Below, one piece after another: positions 17,890-25,711 of a stretch of 25,711 nucleotides of DNA. Both the position numbers and the translations under genes were made by a program. Source of the stretch: a virus (Duplodnaviria > Caudoviricetes); the IMG/VR virus record IMGVR_UViG_3300025662_000009, positions 1 to 25,711 of that record, one strand, 5' to 3'. The first letter of the stretch is position 1, and every line of letters begins with the position of its first letter. Below the pieces are notes generated by a model. The model searched no databases, was not told where the DNA came from, and saw nothing but the letters and a program-made list of their open reading frames with translations.

Positions 17890-18214
17890 TTGGAGTCACA
17901 TCTTTCACATTCTCTAATAACAATCTCTGTAGATCTGTTGTAGATCCAATATAAACATTATTTTGAGTTAATTGTGCTGGGGTTTCAAGTTCACCAGATT
18001 TAATGACTTCTATTTTCTTCTTTTGTAGTTCCATTAATCTATCGGCAATCTCAGAGTTTTGTTTGATCATATTAGATAGAACTTCAAAGGTACGTGGTGC
18101 TTCTTGTTCTCTTGCCAGTTCCATCATCATATCAATTGCTTCATCATTCTTGGTGATCATGTCGTAGTATTTAGATCTTGCATACTCATAATCTGCATCT
18201 ATTTCAGTTTTCAT
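17867..18214 (-). CDS. gp16: Terminase small subunit
   Basis: DYEYAR, PRTFEV and NNVYIGSTTDLQRLL motifs; overlaps the gp17 start. Confidence 0.93.
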   Translation of the reverse strand: MKTEIDADYEYARSKYYDMITKNDEAIDMMMELAREQEAPRTFEVLSNMIKQNSEIADRLMELQKKKIEVIKSGELETPAQLTQNNVYIGSTTDLQRLLLENVKDVTPNEIDSES

Positions 18215-18232
18215 AATTTAGTTCCTAGTGGG

Positions 18233-18289
18233 TTGACATTTGTTATAAAATGTAGTATAATAGATATGTCACTGGGAAAGATTGGGATA
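18233..18289 (+). promoter_or_regulatory. Antisense sigma70 promoter element, copy 2
   Basis: TTGACA (18233-18238)-17 nt-TATAAT (18256-18261) plus leader; repeat of 4394-4450. Confidence 0.8.
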
Positions 18290-18292
18290 CTA

Positions 18293-19039
18293 TTAATCTT
18301 TAACATTATTATTAATATTATCAATACCTATTACTATAGGATCGACAGTACCATCAACAGTGATTTCTTCTAAGAACCCAAATGTATCACCATCAATAAA
18401 ATCAATAGCAGCAGTTTTAATAATAGCATGAGTAGAAACTGGACCATAGAATCTTACTCTTAGATCAAAGTCTAAAGAATATACAATTGCTCTACGAGTC
18501 ATAAAGTCACCAGTATAATCATCTGATAAAGTCACACCAGTTAATACAATAGGAACATCCCCTTTAATACCCAACTCAGGAACTTCATTAATAGTGATAG
18601 TATATTCTGGTTGAAAATATGGCATTATCTGTTCTATTACTTGAAGAGCATCATCTTGGTTCTTTGCCATAATGGATAATTGAATACCCATTCTATAAGG
18701 AGCACTAGTATATACTACACTTTTATTATCAGGATCACCAATAATAGGTTTAGACATCCTGTTCATTTTATTAAGTTTAGAAGTATTATCGTATGTCAAA
18801 GAAGTAATTTCAAAAGACATACGAGGTAATTTAATAGCAACTTTAGGATCATTCAAGTTGCTTTGTTCTTCTAATCTAGCAAGGAACTTCTGTCTTGGTC
18901 CATATGCTAAAGGTACTCTTGTAATTTGTTTTACTTCTCCAGCAGAATCCTTTCTTATAACTTTTATATCATTAAATAATGAACCAAAAGCGGCAATTGT
19001 TCTTCTAATTGAGGCATGATAAAAATGATTATTCAACAT
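18293..19039 (-). CDS. gp15: Tail sheath stabiliser / completion protein
   Basis: FYHASIRR, VPLAYGPRQKFLARL, LPRMSFEI, EQIMPYFQP. Confidence 0.95.
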   Translation of the reverse strand: MLNNHFYHASIRRTIAAFGSLFNDIKVIRKDSAGEVKQITRVPLAYGPRQKFLARLEEQSNLNDPKVAIKLPRMSFEITSLTYDNTSKLNKMNRMSKPIIGDPDNKSVVYTSAPYRMGIQLSIMAKNQDDALQVIEQIMPYFQPEYTITINEVPELGIKGDVPIVLTGVTLSDDYTGDFMTRRAIVYSLDFDLRVRFYGPVSTHAIIKTAAIDFIDGDTFGFLEEITVDGTVDPIVIGIDNINNNVKD

Positions 19040-19956
19040 TATATGTCACCAAATGGATTAGTTTCTGAGAAGTCTATAATAGAATCTCCTGCTTGTTCAA
19101 ATACTTGATTATCGGCATAAGGTTCATCACTAAAAGCATTTTTTGATACAACAGAATTGATATCATATACTTCAACAACATCCCAAATAGCACCAGAAGT
19201 TAATCCTGTAAGAGGTGTTGTGTTATTAAAGTTATGATATAAACCATCGGTAGTTGCCCAATCAGTTAAAGTAATTTTAGTATTATCAACATCAACAATT
19301 TCTTTTGTGACTACTCTACCAGTGACATATTCACCAGAACCTAAAGTAATTTCTTGTTGGACATTTTCGTTAATAATAAAATCTATAGCATTAGTATTAT
19401 TAATAATTAAAGTTAATTGAGCAGCAATACTAACATTAATATCATCAATGTTATCTATACCAGTATTAATAGATTCACCTGAATATTCAAATAATTCACA
19501 TTGAATTTTATAAACTGGTAGATCTTGTAATTGATAGAAAGGGGATTCATGTTCAACGAATCTAACTTCGAATAGTGATTTAGATAAAGGTAAATAAACC
19601 AAATCACCTTCAGCAGGTCGAGATGAATTTATACCGTTATTATTAACACCAACAAGTTGTTCCCATCTTCTTTTAGAAACAATAAAGGTTGCTTGATCTC
19701 TTAGTTCAATACCAAACTTTTGAAGAATATCACCTTCACCCGCGAATCCATCAGCACCTTCAATATACATTTCAATAGTATATGCGGTATCATAATTGGA
19801 TTCAATATCTTCATTAAGGATATTATCAACCGATACCATTTCTCTTGGAAGATAATAAACATCTTGACCGTACATCTTAACAGATTCGATAATCAAATCA
19901 GAATAAAGATTTTGTTCGGATGCCACTTTACCAGAGAAATATACATTAGTTGCCAT
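19039..19956 (-). CDS. gp14: Neck protein
   Basis: EQNLYSDLIIESVKMYGQDVYYLPR, RPAEGDLVY, C-terminal DFSETNPFG. Confidence 0.95.
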   Translation of the reverse strand: MATNVYFSGKVASEQNLYSDLIIESVKMYGQDVYYLPREMVSVDNILNEDIESNYDTAYTIEMYIEGADGFAGEGDILQKFGIELRDQATFIVSKRRWEQLVGVNNNGINSSRPAEGDLVYLPLSKSLFEVRFVEHESPFYQLQDLPVYKIQCELFEYSGESINTGIDNIDDINVSIAAQLTLIINNTNAIDFIINENVQQEITLGSGEYVTGRVVTKEIVDVDNTKITLTDWATTDGLYHNFNNTTPLTGLTSGAIWDVVEVYDINSVVSKNAFSDEPYADNQVFEQAGDSIIDFSETNPFGDI

Positions 19957-19961
19957 ACTGA

Positions 19962-20714
19962 TTAACCTGTATAGAAGTCGGCTGGCATCTCATAATTGAG
20001 TTGCATTTGTTCTCTTATAGCAACCAATTCTGTTGTAGCATCATCAAAGAGTTGTCTACCATTAATACTAACACCACCAGGAAGTTGCATACCTTCAAAC
20101 TTGATAAGATTTGATCCCCATTGTTGTTTCAATAAAGCAGTAGCATATTGTTTAAGAAACATATCATTGTAAACATCAGGATAAGTAGCGGGATCCACAA
20201 TTCTCATACATTCAACTATAACATATTTACCTTCATAAATCTCTGTTGACCAATCAAGATCTAGATGAAGTTGATTCATATTTCTATTAAATCTAATTGC
20301 TTCACCTACACCATTAATTTTCATATCAATCAAAGAAAGATATTGTTGAGTCATTTCATAATTCACAAGATCACCAATAAAGGACAGGTCTTGGAAATCA
20401 TTTAGGTGCATTTGATATTTAATTGAGAACATATCATTAGCACTATCTAATCCTTCAGCATTAGAGAATATTCTTTTCACATAAAGGATATTATCATTTA
20501 GAGTAAGATATTTATTTGCAATATCATCTGCTGTAATTTGGTGTTTAAGATAAATCCTCATGGTAGCATCAGAATGGTACTCTTGATAGAACTGAAGAGC
20601 ATCATCTATTCTATCTTCTACTTGGTCTTCATCTACATTTATTTCGATTACTGGGCTTCCAAGTCTACGTAGACAATAATCTATAAGAGTTGGTCTTGAT
20701 GTTGGATTTGCCAT
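19962..20714 (-). CDS. gp13: Neck protein
   Basis: LIDYCLRRLGSPVIEINV, KQQWGSNLIKFEGMQLPGG. Confidence 0.95.
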   Translation of the reverse strand: MANPTSRPTLIDYCLRRLGSPVIEINVDEDQVEDRIDDALQFYQEYHSDATMRIYLKHQITADDIANKYLTLNDNILYVKRIFSNAEGLDSANDMFSIKYQMHLNDFQDLSFIGDLVNYEMTQQYLSLIDMKINGVGEAIRFNRNMNQLHLDLDWSTEIYEGKYVIVECMRIVDPATYPDVYNDMFLKQYATALLKQQWGSNLIKFEGMQLPGGVSINGRQLFDDATTELVAIREQMQLNYEMPADFYTG

Positions 20715-20735
20715 AATTTTATATTCCGATATATA

Positions 20736-21068
20736 TTATCTTGTTACGGTAGGAGTTACTTCTAATTGACCTTCAACGACTCTTGTAACAACACCAATAT
20801 CACTAACAATTTCAACATCATAAACATATCTACCAGCTTTCATTGCTAGTGATTGATCATTGGTCAATTTAATTTGCACTTGCCCATCAGTAGGATTCAG
20901 TATAGATGTTATAAAATCCACTGCTGTTGATGATGAATGGGATTTACGAATTTGAGCACTAGATGTATAATTTGTAAGGTCTAGGATATCACCGACATTA
21001 TCAGTTACGAATATTGTTGATGAAAAATCTGATCCTTGATCTACTATAAGGTTTGCATAAACTGCCAT
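20736..21068 (-). CDS. Conserved small virion protein (beta-sandwich, BppU-N-like)
   Basis: ANLIVDQGSDF...AQIRKS...GRYVYDV...RVVEG pattern seen before gp13 in marine T4-like phages. Confidence 0.75.
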   Translation of the reverse strand: MAVYANLIVDQGSDFSSTIFVTDNVGDILDLTNYTSSAQIRKSHSSSTAVDFITSILNPTDGQVQIKLTNDQSLAMKAGRYVYDVEIVSDIGVVTRVVEGQLEVTPTVTR

Positions 21069-21096
21069 AATTAATTAACTCCGATATATTTTATAG

Positions 21097-21104
21097 TATT
21101 TATA
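21097..21104 (-). promoter_or_regulatory. Late promoter for the neck/terminase operon
   Basis: Intergenic TATAAATA. Confidence 0.85.
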
Positions 21105-21108
21105 TAGT

Positions 21109-21567
21109 TCAAGAACCGATACGTTTAATAGTTATATTATTAATAGCATTAGTAGGAGAGAATAATATTCTACAAGTACCCGTTAATATATCGGCATCGA
21201 GAATACCTAATGATACTGTAGAATACATTGTAGCATATTCTGATAAAAACACATTAGTGCCATTATGCATAAGAAATACTTCTGTACAATGAATATCAGT
21301 ACCAGATTTAACTTGTATTAAAAACTTAACACTAGAGTATTCTGTTATATCAAAAGAATCTATTATTTGATTGGTATTAGTAGTGGTGGTATTATATACT
21401 ATAGTTTCAAATAAACCACCACTACCGATAGATGTTATTGCGTTGGATGAATCTTTGAAGTATAATTTATTATCAGCATAGTTTAATGCTAATTCACCAT
21501 AATCCAGATCCGCATTTAGTGGAACTTTTCCGGATATAGAAGATTTTTTTAATAACAGTTTAGACAT
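21109..21567 (-). CDS. Short virion/fibre adaptor protein
   Basis: N-terminus LKKSSISGKVP...GELALNYADNKLYFKD resembles the T4 gp37 N-terminal module; C-terminal beta domain SVKFLIQV...HNG...EYA. Confidence 0.7.
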   Translation of the reverse strand: MSKLLLKKSSISGKVPLNADLDYGELALNYADNKLYFKDSSNAITSIGSGGLFETIVYNTTTTNTNQIIDSFDITEYSSVKFLIQVKSGTDIHCTEVFLMHNGTNVFLSEYATMYSTVSLGILDADILTGTCRILFSPTNAINNITIKRIGS

Positions 21568-21628
21568 AAAAATGACTCACAAATAATAGTGTTAATAATA
21601 GAGGGAATAAAAATCCCCTCTTTTTATA

Positions 21629-21636
21629 TATTTATA
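21629..21636 (-). promoter_or_regulatory. Late promoter
   Basis: Intergenic TATAAATA. Confidence 0.8.
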
Positions 21637-22557
21637 CTAGTAAGTTCCGCCATCCACTACAGTAATAGAAACTGCACCAGCAGTGACATCAAAGTTATTA
21701 GCATTAAATGAAGCAACACCTAAAACAGAAGTTGAAGCAGTATTAATATTTGCGTTGATAGAAACATTAGATGAACCATTAAATGAAACTGAACCTTGAA
21801 CATCACCAGATAATGATATTGTTCTTGCTGTTTCAAGTGTAGTTGCTGTAGAAGCATTACCAGTTAATCCACCAATAACATTAGCATTTAAAGAAGCAAG
21901 ATTAATACCCGTAAAGTTAATAGTATTATCAGTTGGTTCAGAACTATAGTTATTAAACAGATACCATTCATTATCAGCATGATTTCTTAATAAACCAGTA
22001 TGTGCATAAGTGCCACTATTATAACCACCCATGAAACCAATATCGACAGAGTTTGTTACATTATTTCCTTCCGCGATATACAGAATAGGATCAGCAACAA
22101 CAAGTTCTGTTGTATTAATAGTCGTTGTGGTACCATTAACGGTTAGATTACCGGTAACTAATAAATCAGAAGTAAGTTCAACATTAGTAGAGAATATTGA
22201 TTTACCACTAGGAGTGAATGATAGATTTCCATTGGCATTAGTAGTTGATATAGTATTACCATTTAGAGTAATATTATCGACATTAAGAATATCAATTTTA
22301 TTATCTGTATTAGTAATAATGGCAGAAGATGCAGTTAGAGTACCAGGTGCATGATCTAATTTATCTGTAAAGTATTGTCCACCAATAACAAGATGAGAAG
22401 CAGCATCTCCAGCAGTTTCAGCACCGACACCAATAAATAATCTGCCACCACCCGCTACATTTCCATAATCAGCTGCTGAGTATGCTAAAACGCCATCACC
22501 TAAAACAGAAGGATCTCCAGCAGTTGTTGTACGTTTTATACGAATAATTGTTGACAT
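21637..22557 (-). CDS. Fibre-like virion structural protein
   Basis: Rich in G/N/T/S; IRIKR N-terminus, GNLTVNGTTTTINT, GNASTATTLETARTISLSGDV, terminal DGGTY. Confidence 0.75.
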   Translation of the reverse strand: MSTIIRIKRTTTAGDPSVLGDGVLAYSAADYGNVAGGGRLFIGVGAETAGDAASHLVIGGQYFTDKLDHAPGTLTASSAIITNTDNKIDILNVDNITLNGNTISTTNANGNLSFTPSGKSIFSTNVELTSDLLVTGNLTVNGTTTTINTTELVVADPILYIAEGNNVTNSVDIGFMGGYNSGTYAHTGLLRNHADNEWYLFNNYSSEPTDNTINFTGINLASLNANVIGGLTGNASTATTLETARTISLSGDVQGSVSFNGSSNVSINANINTASTSVLGVASFNANNFDVTAGAVSITVVDGGTY

Positions 22558-22588
22558 ACTTATTATTTCCTGTTTTTAAAATGTAATT

Positions 22589-22804
22589 TTAATAATGACC
22601 GCACTCTATATAAGTTCCATCGTCTAATGTAGATTTTGCTTTCCATATTTCAAGGGTTGCATCATAAATTAACAATGACCCTTGTTCTATTTGAGAAGAA
22701 TCTATATCACTTAATTCTGTAAGTTTATTAGAGGCGCCTATTATTATAGATTGTGTTTTAATGTTTTTACTGTCGGGTGATATTCTAGCGTTAATTACAC
22801 TCAT
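22589..22804 (-). CDS. Small virion-associated hypothetical protein
   Basis: LSDID...GSLLIYD...W collar-like motif; late promoter and RBS upstream. Confidence 0.65.
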   Translation of the reverse strand: MSVINARISPDSKNIKTQSIIIGASNKLTELSDIDSSQIEQGSLLIYDATLEIWKAKSTLDDGTYIECGHY

Positions 22805-22828
22805 TAAATTCTTCCTTATTTACACTAT

Positions 22829-22836
22829 TATTTATA
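22829..22836 (-). promoter_or_regulatory. Late promoter
   Basis: TATAAATA overlapping the upstream stop codon. Confidence 0.75.
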
Positions 22837-24625
22837 ACAATGATTGGACTAAAGTTTTTAGTGTATCAATTTCCTTTTGTTGTTCTTGCACAGATGCAAC
22901 TAGTAGAGGAACAATTTTAGCAAGATCGATTACTTGATAAACTGGAACTTGTCGTTCAGCATTAACACCAGGAGATATTTCATAAACTTCAGTTCGTGTA
23001 GCATCCTTAGTACCAATAACACTTTCGGGAACAATCTCTTGTGCTTCATGTGCCAAGAAACCATCAATAACAATTTCAGGATCAGATATAAAATTAAACC
23101 TAGAAGGATTTAGTGCTACTAATCTATCAATTGGATCTGACAAAGGAACAACATTTTCTTTTAATCTATAATCAGAATAGTTAGATGAAATGTTTAATTT
23201 TAAATCTAGTTTAGTATCAACTTCAGTCTTTGTATATGTTGTTGTTTGTGGTGCATAACCATCAAGTAAACCTTGAAGTCCAGTTACACTAGCAACGTTG
23301 GTACCAGTTACTTCCCAACCGCTTGTGATCACATCCCAAATATAAATGTATTTAGTATCTTTAGCATAAGCTAAGTCACCACCTTTGTTACTCACATAAG
23401 GTAGGTACGAAGCATCTTCATAAAGTTTAATAGAGGCAACAAGTGAAGTTCCGTCAGCAGCAACAAGTGTTGCAGTACCAGCAACTTCTTTAATCTTGTT
23501 TTTGAATGATGGTGTATTTTCTACATAGGTTGCCAAATCTTGTGGCACAAACTGGTTATTTGATGCATCATAAACAAGACACATCTGATTAACAAGAGTA
23601 GGAAGAGGTCTTAACTCAATAGGGGTTTTCATGCCCTCATGGGTATGTTGGAAATAAACAACAAAGTTACCAGCGTCATTAACCTCAACCGCTAAGTCTT
23701 TAATGGTAATAACACCACGCATTGAACTATGATTGCCACATTGATAATAAAGGTTATCAGGTGCATCAGCAGGAACAGCAAAGGATAATGTCGTTTTACC
23801 TGTTGACCCATCATTCCTTGAACCAGTAACTCCTGTTGTATATTCACCAACATACGAACCAGAAACATAATTTGCTCCGTTGTCTGTACTTAGGTAAAAT
23901 GGATGACCCGCAAGTGATGCATCAAGGGTAAAGGTATACGTTGATCCTCTATACATTGGACCAATATTTGGATTATCACCTTCAACAACCGATGTTAAAT
24001 CGCCTCCACCAACATTACTAGCACCGAATGTATAAGAACCAGCTGTTGCATGTGAAACCATATAACCAATACCACTAGGAGCAGTTAGAACTGGTGGGGT
24101 GATATTTGTGGGTAAATTAATCGTTATCTTTTGAACATCAATGGCAACGCCACCATTAATATCTGGGTGACTTTCTGATACAACTGATTTGGTACTTGCC
24201 CAAGATATTTCATTATCAAATCCAGCACCATCAACCCATTTTAGTGAAGCTCCGTGGGTTTGATCCAACATACCATGAATCGTATTAGTAAAGTTACTAA
24301 TAGTATAATTTCCGTCCTCATATAAAGGGACTGATAACTGAAAACTATTTGTGATAGGAGTTCTTGCAAATGGTAGAGAAGAGTTTTCCCAAGTCCAAAC
24401 CCAAGGCATATCATCACCAGCCATAACAGCATCAACTTGTATTGCTAAAGATTCTGGGGTGATTACTAAATTGGCTTTAGGGATGTCTGAACCATCCTCT
24501 AATATTATTGCATTAGGTAATACCACCTTACCAGATTCATCTGTTGTAATAGGTGTTGATGACACGCCTAAAGGACTAGTTACTACTAGCCCACTCTTTA
24601 CTATAAAATCCTTACTTATTGCCAT
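22832..24625 (-). CDS. Tail fibre/spike protein with cupredoxin-like domain and C-terminal intramolecular chaperone (peptidase S74)
   Basis: N-terminal KDFIVKSGL; HPF...YYQCGNHSSM; SDYRLKENV...GFLAHEAQEIVPESV...PLLVASVQE coiled end. Confidence 0.82.
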   Translation of the reverse strand: MAISKDFIVKSGLVVTSPLGVSSTPITTDESGKVVLPNAIILEDGSDIPKANLVITPESLAIQVDAVMAGDDMPWVWTWENSSLPFARTPITNSFQLSVPLYEDGNYTISNFTNTIHGMLDQTHGASLKWVDGAGFDNEISWASTKSVVSESHPDINGGVAIDVQKITINLPTNITPPVLTAPSGIGYMVSHATAGSYTFGASNVGGGDLTSVVEGDNPNIGPMYRGSTYTFTLDASLAGHPFYLSTDNGANYVSGSYVGEYTTGVTGSRNDGSTGKTTLSFAVPADAPDNLYYQCGNHSSMRGVITIKDLAVEVNDAGNFVVYFQHTHEGMKTPIELRPLPTLVNQMCLVYDASNNQFVPQDLATYVENTPSFKNKIKEVAGTATLVAADGTSLVASIKLYEDASYLPYVSNKGGDLAYAKDTKYIYIWDVITSGWEVTGTNVASVTGLQGLLDGYAPQTTTYTKTEVDTKLDLKLNISSNYSDYRLKENVVPLSDPIDRLVALNPSRFNFISDPEIVIDGFLAHEAQEIVPESVIGTKDATRTEVYEISPGVNAERQVPVYQVIDLAKIVPLLVASVQEQQKEIDTLKTLVQSLL

Positions 24626-24662
24626 TTCGTTTCCCTATCCACGAAGTGTTATTATGTGATAT

Positions 24663-24670
24663 TATTTATA
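24663..24670 (-). promoter_or_regulatory. Late promoter
   Basis: TATAAATA 38 nt upstream of the fibre start. Confidence 0.8.
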
Positions 24671-24736
24671 ATAATTTTAATTTGATTCAGTTTCAATTCA
24701 TAAGCAGAAACCATTATATAAATGACTATTTTAAAG

Positions 24737-24763
24737 AAAAAAGGAGGATTTTACACCTCCTTT
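24737..24763 (-). terminator. Intrinsic terminator
   Basis: Minus strand AAAGGAGG-TGTAAAAT-CCTCCTTT followed by a T run, just after the 24770 stop. Confidence 0.85.
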
Positions 24764-24769
24764 ACTAAA

Positions 24770-25270
24770 CTACGAGACGATTAATAACTCAGGATAAACA
24801 GGATTAAATACATCTACCGTATTAGCCGGTAAATCTCTCAGTGCTTGGCGGTAAGTAGTCATTTCTGGACTCATAGTTACATCAGTCAAGGCATAGAAGT
24901 CTGTAGCCGCCAGTAACTTGTTACGTTCTGCTCTTAGTGCTTCAGTAGCAATATCTTCGAGAGATTGTAAGTAAGCAGTTTCTTGTTCCAATTGGGTATG
25001 GGTTACATCAGCATCATCAGTATAAGTAGTAAACTTATCAATGATGAGCCACTTGTTTACCCAGTTACCTAAAGCATCAAGTTCTACACCATCAGCTACT
25101 ACTTGTTGTAGATTAGTAACCTCTGGTTTAGGTGCTTCAAGTACTGGGTCAATGTCTAGGCTCTCACAGACTGCTGAGTCCCATACACGAGGGAATGAAG
25201 AGTTTGAATTAGCTCGGCGGATCTCACCTTGAGTGCTAACTAAGCCACTAGTTTTATTTCTGTATTTCAT
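24770..25270 (-). CDS. Tail fibre assembly chaperone-like protein
   Basis: C-terminal LRAERNKLLAATD...YRQALRDLP motif; follows a fibre gene. Confidence 0.8.
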   Translation of the reverse strand: MKYRNKTSGLVSTQGEIRRANSNSSFPRVWDSAVCESLDIDPVLEAPKPEVTNLQQVVADGVELDALGNWVNKWLIIDKFTTYTDDADVTHTQLEQETAYLQSLEDIATEALRAERNKLLAATDFYALTDVTMSPEMTTYRQALRDLPANTVDVFNPVYPELLIVS

Positions 25271-25281
25271 AGTTGATTGTC

Positions 25282-25711
25282 CTATGCGATTGAGTAAAAA
25301 ATGTATTCGCCAGCGGATACATTGATATTAGTTGCTGCTACTTGATTCACTATAAAACCTGAACTATCAGGGTCTACAGAGTCATCGGTTGTTACTTCTG
25401 CTGCTGTTGTGTTCAATGATAGATGTGGGTCATTACCTGCCACGATTCCACGCTCAGTATCCCAAGTGAACCAGTCACCTGTTGAGTCAGTCCGTTTGAT
25501 TAGGATGAATCTAGCACCAGTTGAGAATCCACAATCTATGGTTTGGTTAGTGCCGTTACCTGTGTAAGATCCGACTTTACTGATGCCATCTAGGGTTGCG
25601 AAGAGGTAGGCGATATAGTTATCGCCAGTTGTGTTTGTTGTCCATGCGCCAGAATAGATACTGGCGTATGCCTTTATTCCCCATCTCCCTACAGTCATTG
25701 GAGTTCCAGCA
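25282..25711 (-). CDS. Tail fibre/virion protein, C-terminal part (5' end outside window)
   Basis: Frame open to the window edge; YIAYLFA...KVGSYTGNG...DCGF...FILIKRTDSTGDW...YIFYSIA beta domain typical of marine phage fibres. Confidence 0.75.
   Translation of the reverse strand, partial: AGTPMTVGRWGIKAYASIYSGAWTTNTTGDNYIAYLFATLDGISKVGSYTGNGTNQTIDCGFSTGARFILIKRTDSTGDWFTWDTERGIVAGNDPHLSLNTTAAEVTTDDSVDPDSSGFIVNQVAATNINVSAGEYIFYSIA

Noticed and set aside
665-25232. Plus-strand ORFs in the track (e.g. 8560-8874, 12681-13025, 14892-15227, 22031-22354)
   Set aside because: These are antisense shadows of conserved genes with no recognisable motifs. The similar peptides in 4283-4465 and 18104-18373 only reflect the DNA repeat.

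Overview
Late-gene and recombination core of a T4-like (marine-type) myophage, with every credible gene on the minus strand. From right to left: a fibre/virion cluster (partial fibre, fibre-assembly chaperone, S74-chaperone fibre with a cupredoxin-like domain, several small virion proteins), then gp13-14-15-16-17-18-19-20-67-68-21-22-23, gp3, uvsY, uvsW, an Sm-like ORF, gp55, gp47, gp46, and small early ORFs behind sigma70 promoters. Two features stand out. (1) The large terminase gp17 is a fractured gene, cut at Walker A (RQSGK|S) by an atypically split intein (34-aa IntN, about 124-aa IntC). A free-standing Zn-finger/GIY-YIG-like endonuclease gene lies between the halves and overlaps both, and the three ORFs are in three different frames. 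(2) A 57-bp element occurs twice (50/57 identical). Each copy is a perfect TTGACA-17-TATAAT promoter plus a conserved G-rich leader, on the + strand, firing antisense into the 3' end of a late operon (the uvsW operon and the neck/terminase operon). Family assignments come from motif recognition and synteny; no database searches were run.
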